Shown piece by piece: positions 50,181 through 63,326 of a stretch of DNA of 64,000 nt; position 1 is the stretch's first letter; each line of letters begins with the position of its first letter. Position numbers and translations under genes: made by a program. Location of the stretch: assembly GCA_001179505.1 (NCBI GenBank), contig CDMY01000444.1:1-64000 (forward strand), read 5' to 3'. The notes beneath the pieces were generated by a model, which was given only the letters and a program-made list of their open reading frames with translations, was not told where the DNA came from and did no database searches. The DNA comes from Vitrella brassicaformis CCMP3155. Lineage: Eukaryota; Protista; Chromerida.

Positions 50181-51149
50181 CCCGCCGACACGGCACAATA
50201 CACACACATCACGAGCACTAACGACTGATGGATGAATGTTACATGTTGCATGAGTGCGTGTTCACGTCCACTGCACTACCACTAGGCGGGGAGAGGGGAG
50301 GGATGGAGGGATGGAGGGAGAGGTGCACACACACACACACGCGCATGCGCGTCGATACATGTAGTTTATCTTCACGTACATGTGCATGTCGGTCGGTCGA
50401 TACGACCACCCTGCATGCACTGTACTCTTCTTTCTTTCAAGCCATTCACTAGTAATCCTGATGCACGACACTGCTAGCTGTACGATATTCATCTGTGTCC
50501 ACATGTTTTTCAGATTCGCGCGCCCTTTCTTGCGGTGATGGATGTGCACGAGTCAGGGAGGGAGGGAGGGAGGGAGGATGTACAGATTCGTTCATGCGTG
50601 GGGACACCTCTGTTCGGCTCAACACACGCTCCACCCCCCACCTTCTTTTCTTCCTCTGAGCCTCTTGTCGACACAAACACTGACCTGTAGAGTAGGTTTG
50701 ATTAGGTAGACTTACCTGACAGACAGACAGAGAGAGCTGCACTCTGCTGACTAGCAGGCAAGCAGCCAGCCAGCCAGGCAGGCAGACAGAGTTCTACCGG
50801 TAGCCAGTTGGTCCGCGTGCGTGTGCTTTGTGTGTCTTTTGTGTGATTTGGGCATTTAGTCTACACGCGTTGCGTGTATCTCAATTGCATTTGCCTAGGG
50901 AAGGGGTATCAGATTCTGTTTACCTGCATGCATGGGGGAGTGAGACATCCCGTGGCAGGAGTAGTCAGGGTGGGCTTTTAGGGACACAAAGAATTGCATT
51001 TGATTGACACCGAATTGCACTCACTTGTGTCTTTGACGGACCAGAGAACATGCACATACTACGTACGATCGCCAGGAAACGGCACAACGGCTGACACTGT
51101 ACGATCGTACAGCGCCCATCTCCACTTCTGATCCATAAACCGCTCCCAT

Positions 51150-51889
51150 ATGGTGCAGCTGGCGATGGTATCCGCCCTGTCACTGGCCTCTTTCCTCCTG
51201 CTGTCCGCCTCCCCCTCTCACACGGCTGCTGATGCGGCACAAATGATCGATGAGCGTCGGGCAGCAGATGGCAGTGGCGGCCCTATCGATGCCCTCAAGC
51301 AGCAGGTAGAGACGCACTGCCAGGCGGGCACAGACAGACAAACGGATGTGTGCATGTGTGTACGGGATTCTGCGTGGCAGTTTGAGGAGTTCTTGACGGC
51401 TCTCCAGGTCAAGGGTGAATCCGAAGACATCCAGCCACACACCCAGGAGCAGGACCATGACACCGCTGCTGGTACGCAACACGCAAATGCAGTGCGTGTG
51501 TCCATCACGTGTGTGTGAGCGCAGGCAAGGACATGGACCAGGAAGAGAGCAAGAAAGCCGCCAGGCTGACCGTCGACAAAGTGCGCAAGACGGTCAGCAA
51601 ACTCAAGAAGGGCCGCCTTGTCAAGACCGCCAAGGCCACCAGAGAGCAGAGCCCGTACAGCCCCGAATTCATCGCCGGTTTTGACGCTTTTGTGGCCGAA
51701 GTCACCGCCAGTATCGACGCATTTCGGGCGGCACTCGGCGCTGAGATCGGCGACGAGATATCTGTGCTCCTGGTGAGCATCGAGGAGGACTTGGAGGCCA
51801 TCGAGGTGCTGGCTGCGACAGGCGGCGTAGACGTCATCGATGGCGACCTCGACATTGACATTGAGCTTCGTTCTGGCCGACACACGTGA
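51150..51889 (+). CDS. Secreted alpha-helical hypothetical protein (3 exons)
   Basis: Signal peptide MVQLAMVSALSLASFLLLSASPSHT; exons PIDALKQQ|FEEFLTALQ and KAARLTVDKVRKTVSKL...PEFIAGFDAFVAEVTASIDAF; TGA at 51889. Confidence 0.75.
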
Positions 51890-52651
51890 CTGACCTGATG
51901 TGACGCGTCCATGTTTGTCTGTCTCTGTATGGATGGATTGATGCATCAACACACTGCATGGGGAAAAAGGGCCATCAAGTCTGTCTGAGTCGGTCAGTCG
52001 TGCAAAGACGCGGCAGAGGCGGCACATGTCAGCTCAGCCCTCGGAGGGCTGTTGTGTCTGTACCATTTGTGAAGGATATCGATATCTGTTGTGCTGCTCA
52101 TTAGGTCTCCATTTTTACTATCTGTGTCGTGTGTGTCTCCGTCCGCACGGACAAGATGCTGGCCATAGCTATATTTACTTGTGTCTGTCTGTGTGTCGGC
52201 TCTACTTATTTGTTTATTTGTGTCGCCCCTTGACAGACGGAGGGAGGAAGGGAATGACTCTATGATCACTCTCTGTGTCAGTCTAGTGAACTGAGCTCAT
52301 CAACACGTGCACTCTGTGTAGGGATCTGCCGACGGGATCGGTTTCTTTATTTCAGCAAAGAGAGAGGGCTTTCATTTCAGTCACTAGAGCAATCAGTCGT
52401 AGGTGGCAAGGAAAAAACAAAAAAAACCACAAGTCCGTCCATCCATCCATCCATCCATTCATTCATCCATCCATCCGTGTGTGTGGCGGTGTGTATACGA
52501 ACGAATTGACGTATATCGGATGTGTGTGAGATGCGCGGGTGGGTGGTGTGTGCGGTTCTCAAACGTCTGATATCTTGGGCTCGCGAGGGAGAGCGCCTGA
52601 GTTGGACAGACATCCGTCGCCCACACGTGTGTATATGCACGTGGGTATCTA

Positions 52652-55600
52652 TCAGCGCCGACCTGTCTTGATGAGTGCCTCTTTCCAGTCGGTCAAGGCC
52701 TGCACTTGTGCAGTGAGGTTCTTCAGGTGCTTCTCGATCCTTATCATCTCTGCACACACACGAGATGACACACACAGACGTGCATACTTTCACCCACTGG
52801 CGAGCACTGCACGAGAGCTTACCGGGGGATGGCTGAGACGGCTGCGGCACCTGCACACGCCATCGAAATGTGCGTGTGTATGTTCATTTATCTGTGTGAG
52901 CGAGCCGACGTACCAGTGCGAGCCCTGAGGGTCTGGTGGGAGGTGAGCCGATGCTCACAGACCTGCATTCAGTCAGTCGTGTGCATGCGAACGTATGAAT
53001 GCGCGTGTGTGCATAGCATTGTGACTTACAGGTTTTCGGATGTTCTCTTCCTTATCAGCTCGTGGCTCTTCTCCTCTCTCTTGAGGTACTCTGCACACAC
53101 ACAGACACCCACCCACCCACACACACAGAGAGAGAGAGAGGGAGAGAGATTTGCGTCTATGTTGATGTCTGTGTGGGGCTATGTGTACCAGTGACGCCGT
53201 CCTTGGATATCTCTTTGTTGAGGAACTCTCTACGAAGAGATTCCAGCTGCTTCTTGACCTCCTCTGCAGACACAGGCACAGACACATGAGACACAGCGCA
53301 CAAACATTAGCGTGTGTGTGGGGAGGGGCGAGAGGAACGTCAGCACACACACACTCACGTTGGATCTGCTCCTTGGTCTTCTCTCCCGCCAGCACCGATC
53401 CGAAGAGCATGTCCTCGCTGTCCGCGTCGTCGCTGTAGAACTTCTTGAGAATCAGCACTTTCAGAATGTCACCCAGCTGATGACCGGTCGATGGATGGCG
53501 ACGCGCGCGTGCTTTGTGTGCATGTCTGTCTGTCTGTCTGTGTGCATGTGTGTTGTGTGTGTGTCTTACGAAGAACCAGATGAACGAGTAGAGCCACACA
53601 ATCGCCACGTGCTCAATCCCTACAGACAGACAGACAGACAGAGACACGAATGGGATGGACGTCTAGAGGCATATCTATCTGCACACAAGCTTACGAATGC
53701 CCTCGACTGGCGCGCCTCCACCGAACTGCAAATCTCCCGGCCAGCTGCACCAACAGACACACGCACACACCCCTCGCAATGTTGCACAAAAGCATGCATT
53801 GATTGCAGCACAGGAACGCACATGAGCATGAGTACGCTTGAGAGGACCATCGAGGCGATCACCGGGATGATCACCACTATCGAAGGCGGCTTGGCCTCCT
53901 ACACACAAGAGGGCATCGATGTATTGTGTCTCTCTCTTTGTGTGGGTATGTGCATATCAGTCAGTCCACTTCAGTTCAGCTCCCTCACCACGCCGTCATA
54001 GTACCAGAACCATGACTTGGTGCGCGTGGAGAAAATGTTGAGCTGGATCATCACCGCCAGATTCAGGTACACAGCCGCGTTGAGCCGCGCCTACACACAA
54101 AGGGAGGGAGACACACAGGTAGTTCGATGGACTGTGTTGGTTTGCATGTGTGTGTGTGTGTGTGTGGCCCCCACTCACTTACGATAGAGATCTCGCATTC
54201 ATCGTCGGTGAGGGAAATCTGCTCGTTGCATTCAGAGCCGTCCTGAATTTTGCGTGTGGACCACACAGAGTCATCCACACGAGTCGTCCGTCCATGTGTG
54301 TGCGTGTGCGTCTGGGTGTGGGTGCGGGTGTGTGTGCAGAATGGGCCCATACGTATTTTCTGTAGACGAGGAGATCGTCGACGCCCCACCCTGCACACGT
54401 GTGTTCGGTTTGGGCATACACACACAAAGAAAGTACCCTCCATCCGCTCGTTGGCTCACCTTTCCACCAGTTGATGCCCCCTGCGATCTGTTCGCCGTCC
54501 GCAAAAAGAAACAAACCCAAGAACGCACCTGCACTCACACACACACACACAGACACACACACATGAATGGTCGACCAATCCACAAGCAGCCGTACCTACC
54601 GATCACGTTGGTAAAGCCGAGCGTGCCAGCCACGATGAGGACCTGCAGACAGACAGACAGACAGACAGACAAGTGTGTGTCGCATCCATCCATCCATCCA
54701 TGCATGGCTGGAGTGGAGTGTGTCGTCCGTCCTTCCCTTGCCCCACCTTTTTGAGGTCCCAATGCTGCGGCACTCCCGCGCGGACGACGTTGTCCTTGCT
54801 GGTGCTCATGATGGTGAAGTCGTTGATCAGAGACAACTGCATTTCATGCAGGAAGAGAGAAAAGATCAATCAACTGTGTTTCCGCGTGTGTGCAGGGCAG
54901 GGGCGGCATACAAGGATGAGTGTCCAAGTGGGGAAGTCGTATTCGGCAGCTGCACACACACATAGACAGGCTCACACCCACTAATGACTGACTGACTGAC
55001 TGACTCACCGCAGATGGACAGGACAAAGAAGAAGAGAATCAGCGACGACGAGGCCATGCGGTACATGATGTAATTCTGGATCCGCTGGAAGATCGTCCGC
55101 GACGTGAGCAGCGCCGTCACGATCGTTGACAGACCTGGCTGCAGCAGAATGATGTCCGCCGCACCCTGTGAGTATGTTTGTGTTGATATGGTGGACGGAC
55201 GAGACACAGAGAGGGAGGACACACACATACAGAAAAGGAAACACGTGATGGAATGTCTTACCTTTGCGGCGTCGGTCGCCCCAGCGACAGCCACGCCGAC
55301 ATTGGCCTTCTTCAACGCGGGGGCATCCTGAAGACATGTGTCCAAAGATTTGTGTGTGTGTGATGCCCCACGACCGTCGCACATACGTTGACGCCGTCGC
55401 CCGTCATGCCGACGAGCTTGCCCATGTCCTGCAGGGCCGCCACTATCTGCACACACTCACCCATGCCCATACACGTGTGTGTGTGTGTCTGCCGGCAACG
55501 GACGGCTTGCCTTGAATTTGTGCTCGGGGTATACGCCAGCGAAGCCGTTGACCGACATGATGAACTCACCCAGCCCGCCCCTCTGCTCCACCAGCGACGA

Positions 55601-57564
55601 CTCCGTGCTCCATATCTGCATGTGTTTCCAAGCAACACAACACATCCATCGCGTGTCGCAAACAAGAGCGAGAGAAGTCAGTAGCTGACCTCGTTGCCAA
55701 TGATGTTGGTGCCCATTCCGAGGCGCCGTGCCGTCTCGATGGCGATGGCGCGCTGGTCGCCCGTGACCATCTTGACGTCAACTCCGTACTCCATCGACTG
55801 CTCGATCGTGTGCTTGGTGTCGTCTCTCTGCACATCACCCACATCACGCACACATCGGAGCGGCTCCTCTCTCTCTCTCTCTCTCTGTCTCTGTACTGAC
55901 AGGCGGATCAAAGAGCGAGATGAGGCCGACAAACTGCCAGTCGATCGTCTCGGGGTCGCTCCAACACACACCTGCAAAGCAAACCCAGATCCACAATTGC
56001 TGGTGCCTCTAGGCCTAGAGTGTTTGTGTCTGTCGTCTCGTCTTGTATGTATCTTGCCGACATACCGAGTGTTCGGAGGCCCCTCTCAGCCTTGCCGTTG
56101 ATGATCCCCTCCATCCTGCACATACATATACACATACACTTGCACACAGGTGTATCCGTATAGGTGAGCCGCCTTACTTTTCGGCCATTTCAGGATAGTT
56201 GACGGCCACCTGGTTCATTCGCTCAGCAGACAGACGATTGCAGACGGGGAATGCAGTGGGATGCAGGCAATCTCTCTCCCTCCCTCCCTCCCTCACCATG
56301 TTGCGGATCACATGTGGCGCGCCTTTCGAGATGAGCTTGATGGTCCCATCCGGGAACAACACTGAAAGCGCGCGAGAGAGAGAGTGGGCGAGAGAGAGAG
56401 AGAAAGAGAGCGTGTCATCTCTAATTACCCACCCACCAGTGCTCTCTGTCTTCTTATCCACCGGGTTGAAGGGAATGAACTTGGTCACCTTTGGAAGGGG
56501 AAACAAAGAGACAGACAGACGTGCACACAAACAAAGAGGCACAAACAATATCAGCTGACAAGCGTGTGTGTATCCCCACCGACCCACCTTATATTTCTCC
56601 AGTTGTGAGAGGTCGGTTGCTGCCGTGATGGCCTTGTCGATTGGCTCCTGGTTGGTCAGCTTGCTCGCCAGGGAGGCCATCACCAACACGTACTCGCCTG
56701 TGAAACCCTCGCCGCAGGTTATCTACACACAGACAGACAGACAGACAGACGATTAACGAGTCTCTCCCTATGTGTGTGTGCAAGGACCTACCTCGTCTTT
56801 GTCGAGTGTGAGTTTGTTGAGGGTGAGTGTGCCCGTCTTGTCGCTGCACAGCACCTCAATGCCGGCCATCTCTTCAATGGCGGACAGCCGTGTGACCACC
56901 GCCGACTCCTTCGAGAGCTCCAGGGCACCCACAGACAACACTGATGGATGGATGGATGGATGCCACACACACACGTCTCTCTCCCCCACCCCTCATTGTG
57001 TGTGTGTGTGTGTGTGTGTGTGCATACCAGTGGTTGTGACGACGGGCATGGCGATGGGCACGACGGCCGTCAGAATCACGAAACACAGCTTGACCGTCTG
57101 GGCGACGAAATCCTGTCCACACATTCGCACACACACACACACACACAGGTGGTTGCGAACTCTCTCTCTCTCTCTCTCTCTCCATCTCCGTGTGTGTGTG
57201 TGCATCCTACGAACCCCGCGGTTTTCGCGCTCACTCCGGGCGATTCTGACTATAAATATGATGACACAGAAAAAAAGGCCGATGAGGGCCATCGTCTTGG
57301 CCACTTTGCCCAAGGTCTTCTTCAGGTGACCCTCCTCCTACACCCACACCCACACACACACACATAACTAACGATGTGCACAGACAGAGCACGAGAGAGC
57401 CACCCACACCCACACACCTGGACGCTTCCGAGGAGGGCGAGTGTCTTGCCGAAGAACGAGTTTTCGCCCGTCTTGGTGACCATCATGTCGAGCTCGCCGG
57501 ACTGCACCACTGCTCCCGCCAACACCTACAAATACACACACAGACCCGTGTCCGTGTGCGATGC

Positions 57565-57601
<37 letters not shown>

Positions 57602-58049
57602 TGTTCTTACTTCGTCGCCCACTCTCTTGGTGACGGCGAGCGCCTCTCCAGTGAGAGCGGCCTCATCGATCTGCACCGGCTCACCTGACACACGCTCGGA
57701 GGGCAGGCAGTCATATGTGTGTGTGCATGGGACGGACGTACATAGTACCTACCTTCGCCAACGAGTTTGCCATCGGCTGGGATCACCACGCCGCCGCCCA
57801 GAAAACAAATGTCACCTTCACACCAGCAGACAGACAGGGAGAGAGAGAGAGAGAGATTCGCGTGAAGATGCATATCTCATCTCGCCCTCCCTGTGCACAG
57901 CACACCTACCGGGCACCAGCTCGCGGACTTTGACCTTCTCCCACTTGCCGTTGCGCTTGCACTCGCACTCGGGGGCGCTGAGGTCCTTGACGGCCTTGAT
58001 GGCATTCCCTGCACACACACACACACACACACACACATGGATGTGGCAC

Positions 58050-58086
<37 letters not shown>

Positions 58087-58740
58087 TGTACCGGCGTTCT
58101 TATCGGAGTAGTAGTCGACCACCACCACCAGCAAGAGCTCGAACACCTACACCCACACACCCACACAACACACACACTGCCTTGCAGTCAGTGCGTGTGG
58201 AGAGGGAGAGTCCTTCCTACACGCACATTGACGCGTGCGCACCAGCAGAGCAAAAGACATCCAGTCACGCTTCGCGATATTGCCCGGATCTGCGAGCCCA
58301 CACATGAAGACACACAGACACAGACACAGATAAGAGAGTACATATATCTTCATTTGCTGACTGACTCGCCGCTCACCTCGGGGGTCGGGCACCGCAACAC
58401 CCAATACGGCCGTGATCATCATGATGATCGGCACTATACCCGTAAACTGCATATTGCACACACATCCAATACATGAAGCGATCCATCCGCATGCACGCGT
58501 GTCGTGTGCACAAGCTGACTGACGTACCCTCTTGGCAATTTTGACCCATTCCGGCGTTTCCTTGGGCGTCACTGCGCAAGGGAGAAAGAGCAGTGACTGA
58601 GCAATGTCTGTCTGTCTGTCTGTGTGTGTGAATGCAAGCAGGTACCTACCCTCGTTGTAGCCGTGGATGGCGCGCAGCTTGGCGACCTCCTCATCGGACA
58701 GGCCATCGAGGTTGACTTTGATGTCGTCCACTTCTGCCAT
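52652..58740 (-). CDS. PMA: P3A-type plasma-membrane H+-ATPase with many short introns and a C-terminal coiled-coil extension
   Basis: [39 protein letters not shown]4 [29 protein letters not shown]|RDDT, VTGDQ, MTGDGVN|[11 protein letters not shown] and M6 LINDF (proton-acceptor Asp as in plant AHA ILNDG). Confidence 0.95.
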
Positions 58741-59345
58741 GATCGCTGCTCTTTAACTTGTGGCTTTTCTTCTCTCTTGGTCGGTGGCTCTACACACACA
58801 CACATACGCACACACACACATCACCAGACACACATGTGCTCTTTGTGTGTGTGTTTGACCTTTCTATGTGGATATGTGCAGACAACAAGGCCCGCCAGGT
58901 AGGAAAGGCAACAGGTCACCAATTTCTCACAAGAGGCTCAGCCTGTACGTTTTCTGCACATACAGCCATCACGCACATACAATGAGCACCAACACACAAA
59001 CAGAAACAGGCAACGCTCGTGTGTGTGCAAACTCACACACCGTCCCGCGTCATATGTCAGACCCAACCTCAGCCCCGAGAGAGCCCTGTGTGTTGCCACC
59101 ACAAGCACTCACACACAGGGCAATCACACAATAGATGACTCTCTGGGGGGGCCTCGGAGTTGCGAGCTTGGCGGCGTCTCTTTTTTCCCCCTTGGCGCCC
59201 CCCTCCTCCAAAGAGCGGAGGACACACAAATGCAGCACCACGACAGCCGACAGGTGGTTGACTGTCAGGTGCAAGACAGGACGTATGCGAAGACACACGA
59301 GAAGACAGCTCTCCCTTCTCTCTTTCGTTCCCCCAGGCCGTCACG

Positions 59346-61807
59346 ATGTCGTCTGAACGCCCCTCACAGCCCGCCCTCCCGCCCCCTAACGGAGGCGACC
59401 GATCAGCCGACTATTCCGCCATGCTGGCGGACTTTCAAGCGATTCTGGCGCAGCCTGTGGTGGTGCCACCACCAGTGGCAGCACCAGTGGCAGCACCCCC
59501 ATTGACACGGCCAGAACCAACAGCAGCAGCAGCAGGTCGGTCTGTCTGTCTGTCTGTCTGTCTGTCTGTATGTCCATTTGAATGCATCCATGCGTCTGTG
59601 TGTGTTGCAGCTGATGAGCATGACGAGCAAGTGGCTGAGGAGGACTTGCCGGCAATGAGCATGACTTTCCGCCCTTCCGCTACTGCTGCTGCTGCTGCTG
59701 CTGTTGGGCGTGTGATTGTCCGTGATGAAGGCGAGGAAGGCCTGGACGAAGACATAGACACAGACATCCGCCCCTCTGAAGATGAGCCGACGAGACCAAC
59801 ACCGCTCAGTCAGATGCCGACATCGACATATCAAGACGATAAAAGGATTGTGGCTCGACCTGTGGAGCCGAACCAGCCACAGAGACAGACCCACAAGCTC
59901 CACGATCTTCGGAGGCCGACAGCGACTTTCGGGGAGCCTCAGGCAGGACAACAACCACCACAGCCAGGTCGGTCTCTCTCTCTCTGTCTCTGTCTCTTTG
60001 CCTGAGTTCTGTGTGTCCATTGCCACACATCCACCCATCTTTTGGTCTGCTCTGCATGCAGCACCCACACCATCACCAGCACCAGCACGGACCATCGAGC
60101 GTTCCTTCACCCTCTCCCCCACCTCGCCAGACATCCCCGCACCCCTTGAAGACAAAAAGCCCCCAGCAGTCAAGCCCCGGCAAGAAAAGAGACAAAAGGC
60201 GATAGGGAAGCGGCCCCCGCAGCCACAGCCGCCAGCTCTCTCAGACGCGAGAAGCGAGCCTATCGCGCACACAGTGGGGCGGACTTCTTTCGTCACGAAC
60301 GGCGAGCTCGCCATGAGGGCCGGTGCCCTTGTGCGGCAGAGAGAGCCTGAGGGCGGGTATACGTGGGAGGGCCAGGCCCGCAGCCTCTGGGTGGAGGCGT
60401 TCTCGCCTGAAGAGGCGAGACAGGAGAAGAAGAGACAAGACCTGAGAGAGTTTCCCGTGACCCTTCCGCGCAGCGTCTATGTGGACAGCAGCGTCCGTGT
60501 GCACGGCCTTGTCAGTTGGTCAGCCGCCGCGCCTTTGTCAGAAAGCAAAGGAGGGACAACGCTCACGCTGGCCGGTACCCCGTTTCTGGAGATCAGCACG
60601 TGCATTTTGCCACCAAAAGGCGTCTCACCAGACGCCAGCGTCGCCCACCGTCCAAACGGGGCGTTCGGGTATCGCACTCGTGCGGATTGGGCCATTACAC
60701 TCGACCTTCTGGACCACCCCTGTCTGGTGTCTCCCTCCCCACCTGAGCGATTGAGGCGCGTCAGAGGGCCGGTCGAGAGAGGGGGAGAGGTGGAGCTGTG
60801 GCTTGAGCCAGGGAAGGGGGAGAAGGACACCGGTGGGAGGCTGCTGCTGCGGCTGTCTGTGAGGATACTCCTGGGTGGGAGGATCGTTGTGCGTGAGGAG
60901 GTGTTGGTGCGGCTGGAGGGGGGTGGGGGGGAGGAGTTGGGGTTTGTGCCAATGGGTGATGGCCCAGGCAAGCTGGTGGAGTGGGTGTCGTGCTCTCTCG
61001 AGAGCCCGGCCGATCGGCTGCCGGCTGCCCTTCTCCGGCCGATGCAGGCCTTTCCTTTGGAGCGGCTGTTGAGTGATGGCTGGCTCGTCAGCGAGCCAAG
61101 AGTCACAAAGAAATACATAGAGGTGAGGGTCACGTCAGTCACCATGCAAATCAGGTTTGTATATGCGGATGAGATGGCGTCTCTCTCTGTGTGTCTCTGG
61201 TGATCAGCCGGCCTCTCCGAGCGATGCTGAGACATCGTCTTCTTTCTACGCCCCTCTCCCCCACGCCCTTGACTACTTCCTTAGAGCCATGATTCTCCAT
61301 TATCTCGCCATCAACGGCCCGCCCCCGCCATCAAACTGGGCTGGAGGGGAGGAGCAGCAGAGGCGGCTGTTCCTCAATGAGGCGCAGACCGCCTTCCTAA
61401 CCTGTCTGGAGAAACTGCGGTCGTCGCGAGAGGTCACCATGGCTGTTCCGTGTGTTTGGTATCATCTGGGATTGGTCTATATCGACCAAGGTGACAGCAG
61501 TCGCGCGCAGCAGGCGTATGATCGCGCCCTGTGTTCTCTGCTGGAGGTGCGTGGGCTCACCACGGGCGGCATAGCGATTACAGTGCACCTCAACCGTGCG
61601 TACATGCGCACGGCGCATTACCTGAAGGATGGGCAGAAAGACGACCTGAGACAGGCCTTGAGGGAGTGGGGTGAGTTCACGCGGGCGGTGAGGCAGCGCT
61701 CGCGTGAGGGGGGAGGGGAGGTGATGGGTGTGCTGCGAGGCAGTGGGGGCGTGCTTGATCGGGATGAGTGGGTGGCTTACATGCATGCTCTCGCTGTGAG
61801 TAAGTGA
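59346..61807 (+). CDS. Hypothetical protein: Pro-rich N-terminus, central globular region, C-terminal TPR-like repeats
   Basis: Long ORFs joined by GT-AG introns; VWYHLGLVYIDQGDSSRAQQAYDRAL is a TPR consensus helix pair. Confidence 0.65.
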
Positions 61808-62179
61808 GAGAGGGAAAGTGTCACTGTCATTTGGCGCTTGGCACTTATTGTGTGAATGATGGATGGATGCATCAAACAGATCATGCCCTTGACTTAGTTG
61901 CGGACAACACAGCGCAACGCCTTTGTATCTCTCTGCGAAAGCCATGCGTCAACCGTCTCTGCACTTCCATACGCCGCCTCTGATACACAGACACACACAC
62001 ACACACACACAATGGCACCTCTCTCTTCCACGGGGTGGCGTCTCTCGCTTTATTACCTGCGTATCGATTCTATCATGCCTGGCCATCATGGCCGCCCTGC
62101 GCTCAGGATCAGCCACAGGTGGCTCGTGACAGTGCACATCATCGCGACAAAAGCCGCTGCACCCGCAGAGAAGAAAGGG

Positions 62180-62660
62180 AGACATAAGATCATCGAACAG
62201 CACATCCCCGCCTCCATCCATCCATCCACACAGAGACATACGAGCAGTCGTCCTCAAATCCGTCGACACCATTGTCGCCCAAGAGTCCCCTGGCCACCCG
62301 GCGAGCCAGCCGCGCCGCCTCTTCATCCATCCACCCCCACACACGGCCCTTTGACCGACACCTCAGCCAAACCGGCGGCGGCGCCCTCTCTCTGCGAGGG
62401 CTTTCTGCACACAGAGGGAGAGAGAGAGACGGTGAGACTGCGTGTGCACAATGGCTGTCGTATGCACCCGCCTGGCGAGAGGCCCCGTGGGGCCTCGTAT
62501 CGGTGGAAGCGGCCGTACTCGCCACTCTCTGTCACGTAAGGCCTCCCAAGGGCCCGCTCGCAGGTGTAGCCCACCGAGCTGATGTGGCAACATTCGGTCG
62601 ACGGCCTGCAGTAGCCCTCTCGCCGGCGCGAGCACCAGTAGTCCATAATGGGGCAAGTGG
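62180..62660 (-). CDS. Possible small hypothetical gene, divergent from HslU
   Basis: Protein-like segments (VWLRCRSKGRVWGWMDEEAARLARRVARGLLG) next to intron-like repeats. The frame of the first exon is unresolved. Confidence 0.25.
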
Positions 62661-62842
62661 CAAGTGGGGGAGGGGAAAGGAGGAAAGATGGCGGGGGGTA
62701 GGAGCTGAAGGCTCAGATGGGAGGCTGCTGTAATGAATGGATGGTGGCAGGGGCGGGATCCGGAGCGCCTGAGACTCTGTCTGCAAGCTAAGCTCGCAGG
62801 TGTGGCAACTTCTGTCTTCAGCGCAAATCACACGCATTCGGG

Positions 62843-63295
62843 ATGCTGGTGCGGCAAGCATTACGTTTAGGACGAGCGGCATCTCCGTCGATGCTGTCGG
62901 CATCACCCGCATGTCTGCCGCCTCTCGCAGCAGCGGCAACCAGAGTGGCAGCGCCGAGGCTAGGTGTGGGTGTGGGTGTGCGTCAGTTGTCCACCTCACA
63001 TGCGCACCCGCAGCTGATGCCGGCGCCCAAGGACTTCAACCGCACGCCCGACGAGATTGTGGCCGAGCTGAACAAACATATCATTGCACAGGTAGACAGA
63101 TGCAGACAGATGCAGTGTCTGTGGGTGTGTGTGAGTGTCTTCCCTCTCTCTCTGCCCGTGTGTGTGTGTGTGTGTGTGTGTGCCTGTGTGTGTCGGGTGT
63201 AGGATGACGCCAAGCGTTCCCTGGCAATCGCACTGAGAGATCGATGGCGACGGCAGAGTTTGCAGAATGACGACCTGCGGAAGGTCAGAGAACCC

Positions 63296-63326
<31 letters not shown>

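Noticed and set aside
10900-50200. An autonomous transposon (Helitron, DDE or RT) driving the shuffling
   Set aside because: No Rep/helicase, transposase, integrase or RT motifs, terminal inverted repeats or clear TSDs were found in the window. A non-autonomous mechanism remains possible.
41730-50935. TGCATGCA ApiAP2-type sites (e.g. ~41736, ~50411, ~50926)
   Set aside because: These sites lie within GCAT/GGAT microsatellite-like sequence that is common throughout the window, so they are not informative.
60060-61122. ~1-kb intronless exon as a sign of horizontal transfer or retroposition
   Set aside because: Similar long exons occur in the RING-CH genes, and the rest of this gene has typical introns.
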